Positions 39,112 through 50,766 of a stretch of DNA of 64,000 nt are shown piece by piece. The position numbers and the translations under genes are program-made. The stretch is from Tubulanus polymorphus. Its lineage: Eukaryota > Animalia > Nemertea. The notes beneath the pieces are model-generated. The model had not been told where the DNA came from. It saw nothing but the letters and a program-made list of their open reading frames with translations, and ran no database searches. Positions within the stretch are counted from its first letter, which is position 1; each line of letters starts with the position of its first letter. The stretch lies in contig NW_027437470.1 of NCBI RefSeq assembly GCF_964204645.1, forward strand, positions 1-64,000. The letters run 5' to 3'.

Positions 39112-39724
39112 TTATTTTATAAATTTATATTCATAGGGAAATTGTAATCTCAGTAATAATTTTGAACCTTTATTATTCTTTAATTTATTCATATATTCAT
39201 CATGTAATTCAGTAGGTATAATTTGATTTTCTTCCAATGATTGTTGCATAGATTTTCTATCTTTGTTATAAAATAAAACTAGAAATCTTATATTCTCCCT
39301 AAAGTCTTTAACAATTGAATTATATTTTTGATTTAAAACCTATGTTGTTATCCCAAAATGTCTCCCAGAGAAAGCTAGATAACATAACTCACTTTCTCTA
39401 ACTTTTGAATCATGTAAATTTGCGCAATCATCTACAATGAATAATGTATTTGATCCTTTATCAAGTATCAATTGCTATTTTAATACAATTATCTAAATTT
39501 TCTTTTACTGTTTTAGGATCTAATATAATAAACTTTTTCATCTTAACTATATCTCTATTATATGTTTTATTCATTTCATAAGTAGGACAGAATAATATTA
39601 TGTTATCAAAATGATTCTTATAAATAGTTTCTAACAAATCTAATATGAAATGTGTTTTACCACAATTGGTTACTCCAGTTATTAACATATTATGCGGTTC
39701 GAATATGAATAAATCTTTATTCAT
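39112..39724 (-). pseudogene. FtsK/A32-like DNA packaging ATPase
   Basis: Walker A GVTNCGKT, Walker B LFIVDDC, GRH arginine finger and VLNQ. Disrupted near 39460 and by a stop near 39342. Confidence 0.9.
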
Positions 39725-40835
39725 TTATTCTTTTAATTTTACTAGATAAAATCCATTCATTAAATTTATCATCATATCCTTTATATTTCACCAAAGAATA
39801 CTTTTTTCCTTTAAGAGTTTTTGTTTTCAATACTTTTTCTATTTTGTATTCTATTTCATCTGGATTTGGTACTAGTGATAATTCTTGTTCATAGAAATAA
39901 CCTAATATTTCTTCATCTTTTAGATCTTCTAATTTATAAACAAATGGTTTAGTTAATATTATCTTTTTAATCTTGAATATTTCTTCTGTAAAATTAGGGG
40001 TATAACCTTTATAAAATGTTTTTCTATATTTAGATATTCTGACGTGTTGTCCAATTTTAAATTTAGGTTTGCCGAAATCATGTGTAACAAACGCTCTATA
40101 TAAATTATTCCAAACTATTTCCGAATTATCTTCTTTTCTAGCTTGTATAGGTTTCATATTTATAGAACTATGTTTAGAATTATTATAACCTTTCACTAAA
40201 TCATCTAACACATCGATATATTTATATGTTTCATTAGCAGTAAAATATTTCCACATTCTAGTTTTCAATGTTTTATTAAATCTTTCTATAATAGATGCTT
40301 TTTTATCTGAATGTGTTGAAAAATAATCTACATCGTTATCAGATAATAGTTTTTTGAAATGTTTGTTATAAAATTCCTTACCTTCATCAAATTGTATCTT
40401 ATCTGGAATAGCTTCTTTAAATATAGATTTAAAAGCATTTGTAACTTCTATTCCAGTTTTATTTTTGATTGGAATTGACCATGCGTATCTACTGAATATG
40501 TCTATAACATTTAATATCCAGAAATATCCTTTGTTGTATTCCTCTAAGTTCTTCATGTCAATTAAATCTGCTTGCCATTGTTGATCGATATATGAAACCA
40601 TAACTTTTCTTGTTAAATAAGTTTTATCCATTTTCTTGTGGATTTGATATGTTGGTTGATTTTGTAACCATGATTTTAATTCACTATATTTTATATCACC
40701 ATGTGGGTGCCATACGGCACCATCACCATTTTCATTATCAGATTTAATTTTATTCCATAATTCTGAAACGTTAGAATATGATACTTCACTTTCTGGGTTA
40801 TAATATAACTCTCTTAAATATTGTTCTTTTTTCAT
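39717..40835 (-). CDS. Retroviral-like (RVE) integrase with C-terminal chromodomain
   Basis: WQADLIDM, VIDIFSRYAW, FDEGKEF and IERFNKTLK; chromodomain YKIEKVL...LVKYKGYDDKFNEWI. Intact 372 aa. Confidence 0.95.
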   Translation of the reverse strand: MKKEQYLRELYYNPESEVSYSNVSELWNKIKSDNENGDGAVWHPHGDIKYSELKSWLQNQPTYQIHKKMDKTYLTRKVMVSYIDQQWQADLIDMKNLEEYNKGYFWILNVIDIFSRYAWSIPIKNKTGIEVTNAFKSIFKEAIPDKIQFDEGKEFYNKHFKKLLSDNDVDYFSTHSDKKASIIERFNKTLKTRMWKYFTANETYKYIDVLDDLVKGYNNSKHSSINMKPIQARKEDNSEIVWNNLYRAFVTHDFGKPKFKIGQHVRISKYRKTFYKGYTPNFTEEIFKIKKIILTKPFVYKLEDLKDEEILGYFYEQELSLVPNPDEIEYKIEKVLKTKTLKGKKYSLVKYKGYDDKFNEWILSSKIKRINE

Positions 40836-40841
40836 CTTATT

Positions 40842-41201
40842 TTAATCCATTAATAATAATCTTGGTTTATTTTCAATGACTTTATGATTTGACTTATTTT
40901 CTGGTATGATAGGTTTATTGTCATTGGAATCATATTTATCATCAGATTTGAATTTTGATTTATATATTACACCGGATAATATAATAACTGTTACTAATCC
41001 AATTGTAATATATAATTTATAAATACTTCCAGCATTAGAAGAATTAGATGGATTATTATTTGAATCAATATCAGGTGATTCATTTATATCAGTTAATTTC
41101 TTTTTCTTAGCTTTTTTTAATTCTGAAGATCTTTTACCTAATTCTCTTGCCAATTTAATTTGTTTCTCGGATCTAGCCTTTTTCTTAACGCTATCACTCA
41201 T
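40842..41201 (-). CDS. Small basic single-TM protein
   Basis: Intact 119 aa, TAAATG start, TM segment LYITIGLVTVIILSGVI. Confidence 0.6.
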   Translation of the reverse strand: MSDSVKKKARSEKQIKLARELGKRSSELKKAKKKKLTDINESPDIDSNNNPSNSSNAGSIYKLYITIGLVTVIILSGVIYKSKFKSDDKYDSNDNKPIIPENKSNHKVIENKPRLLLMD

Positions 41202-41807
41202 TTATTTTAGTTAATTTTTGTTCTGATTCATTTTCTGTTTCGACGTTTGGTTGTAGTACAGCGTCATCTGTTTCGTTCTTACCTGATTTATATTCCATAG
41301 GCTTGATATTCGAAAATGTTATGACGCCAGTAGAAATTAATGTCATAACCGATCCTAATTGAAATGAAACATATCCAACCCATAAGTCATCTAGCCATTA
41401 GTCATAACTAAGTAGTCATTTTTCAAATCACTATATAATTTATTTTCATCATCAATTGGTATTAACTGGTTACATAACTTAGAATAACATTTGACAATAC
41501 CATCTGAAATAGAATCATTTATTCTAGCTAATCTAGCTTCTTCATAAATCTTAAAATATTTTATTACTTTATCGGGTTTCATAGCATCTAATTCTTGAAA
41601 AGTAATCATTTTCCCGATAAACAGATTACATTTCCCGCCAGCAATTAATAATTCTAGATGGTGTTTACAATATAAATAGTATTCATAATCAATATTACAA
41701 TTAACTTGAGCACAATTAGTTACAACTGTATCTTTATTATCACTTATACCCAAATCATCTAACGTTTTTTCAATATCAATACTATTCTTATTAGATTTCT
41801 TTGACAT
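41194..41807 (-). pseudogene. Hypothetical Polinton protein (copy with the C-terminal tail)
   Basis: 138-aa ORF that continues after a frameshift into LWVGYVSFQLGSVMTLISTGVITF. Confidence 0.55.
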
Positions 41808-42848
41808 TTATATTAGAGAAAAAAGCGAAAAAAAAAATCAGTATTATAAAATGATACCAGTATCTCTTTAGATTAATACTAGCTTAGTTAAAGGTAAAGA
41901 ATTTTAGTATTAGTTATTGTTTTTTTAGTATTTTTTATTTGTGATATAAAGTATTCTCTTTTGAAAAGAATTGTAAAAGAAAATATCAAAAATTAAAATA
42001 GAAATAATGGCTAGTTGAAGTTATTGTTTTTTAATATATTTTATTTGAATTCTATTTGATATCTCACTACTTTTGTTTATCTATTAGGAGCAGTAATTAT
42101 AACTGAAATGAAACATATCCAACCCATAAGTCATCTAGCCATTAGTCATAACTAAGTAGTCATTTTTCAAATCACTATATAATTTATTTTCATCATCAAT
42201 TGGTATTAACTGGTTACATAACTTAGAATAACATTTGACAATACCATCTGAAATAGAATCATTTATTCTAGCTAATCTAGCTTCTTCATAAATCTTAAAA
42301 TATTTTATTACTTTATCGGGTTTCATAGCATCTAATTCTTGAAAAGTAATCATTTTCCCGATAAACAGATTACATTTCCCGCCAGCAATTAATAATTCTA
42401 GATGGTGTTTACAATATAAATAGTATTCATAATCAATATTACAATTAACTTGAGCACAATTAGTTACAACTGTATCTTTATTATCACTTATACCCAAATC
42501 ATCTAACGTTTTTTCAATATCAATACTATTCTTATTAGATTTCTTTGACATTTATATTAGAGAAAAAAGCGAAAAAAAAAATCAGTATTATAAAATGATA
42601 CCAGTATCTCTTTAGATTAATACTAGCTTAGTTAAAGGTAAAGAATTTTAGTATTAGTTATTGTTTTTTTAGTATTTTTTATTTGTGATATAAAGTATTC
42701 TCTTTTGAAAAGAATTGTAAAAGAAAATATCAAAAATTAAAATAGAAATAATGGCTAGTTGAAGTTATTGTTTTTTAATATATTTTATTTGAATTCTATT
42801 TGATATCTCACTACTTTTGTTTATCTATTAGGAGCAGTAATTATAACT
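41361..42848. repeat. Tandem duplication of 744 bp (41361-42104 and 42105-42848)
   Basis: The two copies appear identical and give identical ORFs 41391-41807 and 42135-42551. Confidence 0.95.
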
Positions 42849-42859
42849 GTCCAGATAAG

Positions 42860-43540
42860 TCATTTCGGATCCTTGATATCAAATTCCTCAACATATTGTT
42901 CATTATTTGGATCATTGTTCCATTGATCAATAAATTTCTTTGCCTTTGTTAACTGTTCTAAATATAACTGTAAATCTAGTTTATTAGATTTGATTTGATT
43001 TTCTTTCTTTTCTAAAGGCCTTAAATTTTTCCAACCCCAAATAAGTTTTTTATTGTATTCATCATTCATGTTAAATTTATATATTGGTAACACGTGATCA
43101 ATATGGTAATAATCCCCATAATTATCTATATTCATTTTATCATCGAATTGAAATATAATCCATGATTTGAGAAATTCATCTGAACAACCCAACAAATTAG
43201 ATAATGTTTCTGAATGTGTTTCTTTGTTGAATAATTGTGTTAATCTAGATCTTAAGCATTGTTTCAATCTAAAATTAAGATCTGTTTGATATCTTCCTCT
43301 CATATATTCTGCCATAGAATAATTATAATGTTCTATATTATCTTCTCGATATTGTTTGGTATATAGTTTAGTGCAAGTTTTACAACAATATTTAAAACCA
43401 TCTTTGCTAATCTTACGCTTGCTAAATTTTGTTAAAGCTAATTTATCTAATTCACATTTAGAACACTTCTTGTAATATATATTTATAACACCAGCAGTGT
43501 TATTTGTAATATTGATAATTTGTGGTTGTTCTGGTTCCAT
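42860..43540 (-). CDS. HNH endonuclease with N-terminal zinc ribbon, of a type common in large DNA viruses and phages
   Basis: CSKC...CKTC, RYQTDLNFRL..LRSRL, LGCS, NYG..HIDHVLP, NLRPL...N..K.NK; intact 226 aa. Confidence 0.85.
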   Translation of the reverse strand: MEPEQPQIINITNNTAGVINIYYKKCSKCELDKLALTKFSKRKISKDGFKYCCKTCTKLYTKQYREDNIEHYNYSMAEYMRGRYQTDLNFRLKQCLRSRLTQLFNKETHSETLSNLLGCSDEFLKSWIIFQFDDKMNIDNYGDYYHIDHVLPIYKFNMNDEYNKKLIWGWKNLRPLEKKENQIKSNKLDLQLYLEQLTKAKKFIDQWNNDPNNEQYVEEFDIKDPK

Positions 43541-43686
43541 TTATTATATGTATTTTTTACTAAATTGGTTAATATTTTAGAATCCTCTTCCATTTCTTCG
43601 ACCAACGTCATCCTTTTTCATTCCTCGCTGCTTTTGATAAGTTGTTTCGATTCCTTGATATCTAAATCATACCAGTTACAATACCC

Positions 43687-44000
43687 GCGTCACATGCGGA
43701 CATACAGGAGCGCTTTTGCTTAATGCGCATGCGTTAATCATAATTATATATTCATTCTATAAATTCTGTAAAATAGAAACAACACATGCGTTACATGCGT
43801 CACATGCGGCCATTTATGGCCGGTTTTGCTTAATGCGCATGCGTTAATCATAATTATATATTCATTATGCAAATTCTGTAAAATAGAAACAACTGAACAT
43901 AGAAAATTCAAACGCATTCATGTCCTCGTCACATGCGTTACATGCGTCACATGCGGCCATTTATGCGCGCTTTTGCTTAATGCGCATGCGCTTATCATAA
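43687..44000. repeat. Three ~110-150-bp direct repeats in Polinton non-coding DNA
   Basis: GCGTCACATGCGG...TTTTGCTTAATGCGCATGCG...ATAGAAAC units. Confidence 0.85.
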
Positions 44001-44735
44001 TAGAAACGACTGAACATAAAAATTCACCAATCAGATTTACACAATACATTATACAAGTTGTTCGGCCGTTTCTTCCAATACATCATTTGATTTCTATAAA
44101 TACAATTTATAATTACAAACATTTTTTCAATTGCTGATAAATATTTAACTACATCAACAAATGTTAAACTTAATCATTGGAGTCTTAATGTTTTTGAAAT
44201 TCTTATATAGTTTCTTCGTTGATCTTTTGGCGATTCTTGTGTTTCTTGTGCTAATTTCTATTGGTTCGATATCCATTGCTGTTGATTCCTCAGTCAGAAA
44301 GAGTATCTTGAGTTTCTCTATCACTTCTTGATGCGTATGGCGTTTTATTAATCTAAAAGATATTAGCGGCAACTCTAGCCATCTAAAAGATATACTAAAT
44401 ACACTTAAATATATCTAAAGGTTTCATATTTAATAGCCCTAATAACTACAAAAAAACAGTACTTACATTTAGATTTAGAATTGTAAACTATAAACTCCTA
44501 ATTTCGTTTCGAGAGATAGAATATCCTGAGCGTAATGTTACAGCGCCTGTTCATTTCTTGCCACGTCATCTGGTTCCGGTTCTAGAGTGTTCTACACGTT
44601 TGCAATATTATGACTCATATGTCTCGGCGTCATAGTAACAGCTGTAACAGCTGTGAATTTATAGATTTATTCAATAGTTCATTACATGAAATGTATATAG
44701 GCTCAAATAGAATCATGTTCTAGTATAAACAGCTA

Positions 44736-45295
44736 TGCATTATTTCAATCACACTTTACTAACACTTTTAATGTTTAAAATCTAACTCATACAAATATGA
44801 ATATTGAAATAATGTTGTAAATATATACTTTTATATTGAATAATCTGTCAATTTAAATGTTATTCATGTATATGATTATTTTAAGAGTAATAGGGGTAAT
44901 GGGCTTTCAGGTTAAAGGTCGAATGGTCGAGTTCATTAAAAACAAATATTGAAAGTAATTTAAAACCATAATATATTTTCATAACCGTGTGTATTTCAGT
45001 TGAATAATAGAATAATTATTATTATTAAAATATATTTGATTATATGAATTTGTGTATTGTTAATAAATCAATTGGTCGCGGAGCGGAGCGGTAGCGAAGT
45101 GGAGCGACCAATTGATTTAATACAATATGCTTTTTAAATTTAAATTATTGATATCTTAGAATAAATATTTTGTTATAATATAAAATACACACGGTTATGA
45201 AAATATATTATAGTTTTAAATTACTTTTAATGTTTTGTTTTTAATGAGCTTCGACCGTTCGACCTTTGGCTTGAAAGCCCATTACCCCTATTACT
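44736..45295 (-). repeat. Right TIR of the Polinton; last 410 bp are palindromic
   Basis: Reverse complement of the left TIR; the internal terminus copy starts at 44886. Confidence 0.95.
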
Positions 45296-48200
45296 TAAAC
45301 TATCTTTTGAGAAACGGGTCCCAGAGCTGTATCCTTTACTCCTGTAATAGAGGATGCAATCTATTTGCGACAAACAGCTAGTGCAAATAGCTAGAAAAGG
45401 TAACAATAGTGCATTGGCAAACTTAGAGCAAGCGTACATTGGTTGTTTAGGTTTTTCGAAGGGGAGAATTTGTGGGAAAATTAATCATTCCTGAGATATA
45501 TCCGTGGCGAGCTTTTCCAGGGATTTAAAAAGTTGAGCTGTACACAAGGAATTTTGTGTAGTCCAATATCCGTGATTACCTCTGGCGTGGAGAGATACAA
45601 TCTAAAACCAACCCTAGAGTCAAATAATTTACCACAATTTTTTATGATCGATAAAAAGATCGAGTAATAGACATTCAAACAGTATTATCCAAATTCCACT
45701 CCATTTTAAACTCATTCATCTCTACACAAACTCCAACTTGTTGAACAGTCCACATTAAAAATTAGGGACCACTATTCTTGCTCATCTACACTAGCTACCA
45801 ATCTAACAAAGGATTAAATTTGAGTGTTTGATGTTATAACAATACCAGACTGAATTATGGATTCGGTTTCTACTTTTTAATTGAACATTTATATCACATA
45901 TTGGGCATCATTTTTACCAGTATATATGGAATAACCTATCCATATATCATGTTCAATTTTATATAATCTGATTTTTGAGATGTCATTAAATCAATGCATT
46001 CACATGCGGTCGTCGCTTTCAATAGCCACCACGGACTGGCTCCTTATTATTTCTTTGGCGATACCATTGGTGGACGATCCCACACGTTTCTTGCTCCAGC
46101 CCTAGAATGCTCAATGTTCGTCATGAATCCCGATTTGAATTTAAATTCAAAATACTCCTAAAACACACCTGTTAACTAGATTAATCTAAAACACCTTTAT
46201 GTGCAAGAATCAGTGAATTTGGCGCTTTATCAGTTGTATTCATCATTCGTACCCACGAATCTCGTATTGTATCCGGCTATGAATGTGGAGACCCATCCTC
46301 GTAAAGAGAATGAATAGGCTCTGTTGCGTTCATATCATTTGATATGAGGCTACGTGTCATCTTCAATTGAAATCACGTTGTTTTTTTAAAGGGTGGGCGA
46401 GAATATATTCTTATGTTTTTGTTTCTCTGAATGTTGCTATTTAAGAGTTCAATAATTTCAGTCTACCAAACAAAGGATTTTCCGTATGTTTCGTGACATG
46501 TTTTTCCATAACCCTAGGAGAGCATTTTAGGTATTTTGTTCGCGGATGACCGAAAGCTGCTGTCCCTCTCTAGTAATTTGATGATATCCGTCGAAATCTA
46601 AATTCTAAAAAGGAATCAGGCATATCTTCTTGTTTGACTAAATATGAACTAAACAAGTGACACTCCCTTCAAAGGCGCCGAAGTAAAATCATGTGTCGAG
46701 TGGAGATGATATTGTGTCAGAATTTCTTCAAAATCGGAGAAAATAGAATATTTTGAAAATAATCATTTTACATGAATGTTTTAATCCGTTATAACTGGAG
46801 CAATTTTCATGAAAAAATATCTATGGAATCAGCGAAATGTAATTGAGAAGAATACTATGTTTAAAAAGTTATCAAATACATTTGAAAAAAGTTTTCTGAA
46901 TTCGTCAACTGTTAAACTAGTAACAACCAGATGTGTTCCCATTAAACCACCGACCGCGAGCCGAGTCGATGTGAGATGTGCCCTACACTGAAAATCTCAA
47001 GTGCTATACAACCGGTTTTTTAGGTGCCTCTGAATGTCGGCCGTTAAAAAAACTGAACAATTCCCATTTGGAAAGGGCCTACGTAGTTAGAGAAAATTCA
47101 AGATGTGTGTATCGTGTGATACAGGCTCCATATTTCATGTGCGTTTGGAATTTAACCTTGTTTATAACGAAACACGCATGTATTTATGCTATTTTAGATT
47201 TAAAAAGAGCGCACGAAAGTGTTTCATGAGACCCGCAAATTACGTCAAGTTATTCATGCATTTTTGATTTATATGAATAAATTTCGCTTAAATCTTTAAA
47301 TTTCTCAGGTGGATTATTCAATAAATTCACAACAGACATTATGGATTAGTTTGACGCCAATCGTTCTTTTAAAGATCTTTCTTTCTCGAAGAAAGATTTT
47401 CTTAAAAACTTTGATTATGGCTAATCTTTTATGTGTCCGATAGTTAAACCTTCGGGTATTATACTAGAACACAAATTTTTAAAGATATTCATAACATACT
47501 GAAGGATATCACAGTTTATACCCGAAGATATATATAGTCGGATAGATCTTTTTGTTTCGACTCGCATGCGACAGTAAAAGCGGTACTTGATATAATAAGT
47601 GAACTTCATCATTGATATTTTCACTAATCTACTTGAATTCCAAAAAAGAACTGACAATGAAAAAGGGTTACAGCTGTGACTGACATCACTCCAAATTTCA
47701 ATTCCTATGAACATAAAAAGAAAAATATAAAGAAACTATTAACGAAACAGTTTTTAGAGGCGAAGAATCCGCGTTACCATCGAATTTTCAAAACTTGAAG
47801 GAATGGTTAATGCCTCGGTGACCACTGGTCTAGTACGCGGTTTTCTGAAATGAAAGTGGCCAAGTCTAAAGAACAACTATTGTATCACATGCTTTCAAAT
47901 ATTAGGAACCCAATGCGTTTAATGATTTAATTAATTGGTATCGCGCAGTTTGGTTGGAAAGACGGGTGTTAGTCACCTTGTGATTTAATTGTTTTTCATG
48001 CATCGATTTATTAATCTTATTATAACTTATTTGTAGGCGCTTCTCACAAACATTTTCTATTCGTTGAGTTTTCAAACGCAGTACTGTTCAGATGATTCGA
48101 GTCAAGTAGTAAAAAAGTTTATGTATTAGCATTACTATGCAGTGAAAATAACGCACTGCGGCAAGTGAGGTGCTGTGATCCACATGTGTAACCCATTTAT

Positions 48201-48314
48201 GGGTAATAATTTTCCATCATGTCAACGCCATTCAAAAACAGTAGCAAAACTTTCTGCTGGTTTCTAGAAATAGCAATACGACGACAAGCACTTTCGAATT
48301 CGACCACGATATTT

Positions 48315-48900
48315 GAAAAGTTTCACTTGGGCAGTGGTGGTCAGTGATGGTCAATTTATGAATTTTAATGGCGAATCCTTTCTAGTTTCACACCAAATGC
48401 GGTACCGGTATATCGTTCTTTCAAGAAGTTTCAATTGGTCAGTGGTGGTCAGTGATGGTCAATTTATGAATTTTCAATGGCGAATCCTTTCTAGTTTCAC
48501 ACCAAATGCGGTACCGGTATATCGTTCTTTCAAGAAGTTTCAATTGGTCAGTGGTGGTCAGTGATGGTCAATTTATGAATTTTCAATGGCGAATCCTTTC
48601 TAGTTTCACATCAAATGCGGTACCGGTATATCGTTCTTTCAAGAAGTTTCAATTGGTCAGTGGTGGTCAGTGATGGTCAATTTATTAATTTCCAATGGCG
48701 AATCCTTTCTAGTTTCACATCTAGTGCGGTACCGGTATATCGTTCTTTCAAGAAGTTTCAATTGGTCAGTGGTGGTCAGTGATGGTCAAATTAGTAATTT
48801 TCAATGGCGAATCCTTTCTAGTTTGACACCATAACGCGGTATATCGTTTTCATATTCGAGAAGTTTGAATTGGTCATTGGTGGTCAGTGATGGTCAGTGA
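48315..48900. repeat. 109-bp tandem satellite, ~5 copies
   Basis: CAATTGGTCAGTGGTGGTCAGTGATGGTCA recurs at 48432, 48541, 48650 and 48759. Confidence 0.92.
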
Positions 48901-49699
48901 TGAGTGATGAATTTGCAATGATGATTCCTTAGTAGTTTGAAAACAAACATTACATGATAAATTTCCGAAATTCGAAGTCAAGTGTTCAGACTCGGGGATA
49001 TCTCAATTGGTCAGTTACTGACCATCATGATGGTGTCACCATTGTGGTCTATAGCTCAAATGAAACATGTGGAACCGACGAAGGGGCCCAAAAGCGTTAA
49101 ATCATTTTCTGGAGTGACGTGATCCAAAAATGCCCTAACTGGAAAAGGCAGTCTCTCAATTGGATGAAACCAAATCGGACAGGACAATTAAAATTTGGGA
49201 AGGTAGTGGTCTTTCTACGAAGCCCACGCGGTGAGCGTATTATTATGAAATCTTTTTTTAAACCACCATGTACCACGAAGTAATAAGCATCGTTGTAAGC
49301 ACTTGAAACAGCCATAACCAAAACTGTCAGATCAAACATCATACCGCATCCCCGCAAAGAGGGGTGGTTCAGCAAACCGGAGTTTTCATTGGCCTCTCTA
49401 GACTACCCCGCCAGTACGGGTAGCCGAGCAAACCGGAAAACTCATAATGATTTATCGTCGTATGAAAGATAAAACAAACAAGGCTTTCAATTTGTAATTA
49501 ACACTCCCAAAGCATGTTTTTTCGCAAAAATGAATTCCTTTTCTATACACGTATTTGATCACGGCGAATCTTCGCTCGAATAGATCTTTGATATTTTGGG
49601 TGATTTTCTTTGGCCACGGTCCACCACGCCGAACACAGGTGCCCCCACAAAACCTATGTTTTTTTTTTACAATGTAGAATTCTATATGAGTTGGGAAGG

Positions 49700-49846
49700 G
49701 CACTCGCCTCTATTTATTCTTTAAAACATAAGACTGGCTGTGCGCTTCACCAAGTTTCGACTTTGACATATTATTTTATTGCCGTGTCTGTCCTATGTAA
49801 TTTTGTCATTATGCGGATGAAATAAATTTTGAATTGAATTGAATTG
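49700..49846 (+). mobile_element. 3' tail of a CR1/L2-type LINE
   Basis: AATAAA followed by a (TTGAA)n tail; 5' boundary approximate. Confidence 0.45.
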
Positions 49847-50299
49847 ATCCGTGATTTAGTGGTAACCAACACGAACTACACGTGGTGCGAGTGCAGTCGG
49901 CAAGAAGGTTTATCTACGTGTTGCTGTTATTGTAATTCCTACGAAAATGTCTCCGTTAAAAGTATGTATCACGCACAGTACAAGGGCCTGATCGATGATC
50001 GGGTAATGTCTATTTCAACCTGACTTGAGAGCATTCCTGGTGGCCTAGCTCGCCAATTTTCGGTAGTACATACCTGCCAGTTAGTTACCTACTAATCGTT
50101 GGTGGTAAGCTTTTTATAATCGGATGGGCTTATACCAACGTTAGGGATGACAAGGGCCAAAACACGGTTGAAAAAAGTAACACTTCAAAAATATACTCTC
50201 TATTCACTTCAGTCCACAATTAATGGCTTAAATCACAAACTAGGTAGGCTACCTTTCGAAGTAATCCAATTCACAGGCCGCTTGTAAACTGGCTTGGAT

Positions 50300-50640
50300 T
50301 TTACTTCCCGGTTGTTGATAATCTCGCGAGAATGGTGCTAAATTTAAACTGCAAATAAATTCAAAATATCACAGAAATACCTTTTGTTGATGTTGTTTGT
50401 TCGTTTATCCACTATAGTGTAGAGTTCCGATAAACAATTGGCTGTTGAGGATTAGTATCAGCGGGTGCGACGCCTTACTATATTAAAATAACAAGGGATG
50501 AAACGGCTTCGCTTTTGCCTGTGACCGTATTGATGCGGCGGAAACCACTGCGCATGCGCGGCAACTTTCCGAGCGCTAGTGAGCTGTCGATCAAACTACA
50601 CATTATAGTGTGATTGTGATTGCCTTGGCTTGACGGAGGT
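50300..50640. promoter_or_regulatory. Housekeeping-type CpG-rich promoter
   Basis: TCTCGCGAGA palindrome (50322-50331), NRF1-like TGCGCATGCGCG (50549-50560) and ETS-like ACTTCC, upstream of the exons at 53.7 kb. Confidence 0.55.
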
Positions 50641-50766
50641 TTTTGAGAAAAATCAATTGAACTTGAACTGATCTTAACCTTTCGGAAAGTTGCCGTGCGT
50701 GCACAGAAAAATGGGTTCCTGCCATTTTCCTGTTCTACTGATTTTGCGGCTTCACCCCTTTGGTTT

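Larger units (their letters stand above)
26162..45295. mobile_element. Complete Polinton/Maverick (adintovirus-like endogenous virus), 19,134 bp, decaying
   Basis: AGTAAT...ATTACT termini, ~560-bp TIRs and a 6-bp TSD TAAACT (26156-26161, 45296-45301). Contains pPolB, penton, MCP, ATPase and RVE integrase; markedly more AT-rich than the flanks. Confidence 0.97.

Noticed and set aside
39717-40835. Domestication of the integrase because it is intact
   Set aside because: polB also has a 3.3-kb lesion-free stretch, so an intact 1.1-kb ORF is expected by chance.
45302-47720. Possible decayed coding sequence right of the Polinton
   Set aside because: Short broken frames with no motif I can recognise.
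48313-48564. 83-aa repeated ORF
   Set aside because: Translation of the 109-bp satellite.
50332-50720. Candidate first coding exon of the host gene
   Set aside because: No ATG with a convincing phase-0 donor could be matched to the acceptor at 53688.
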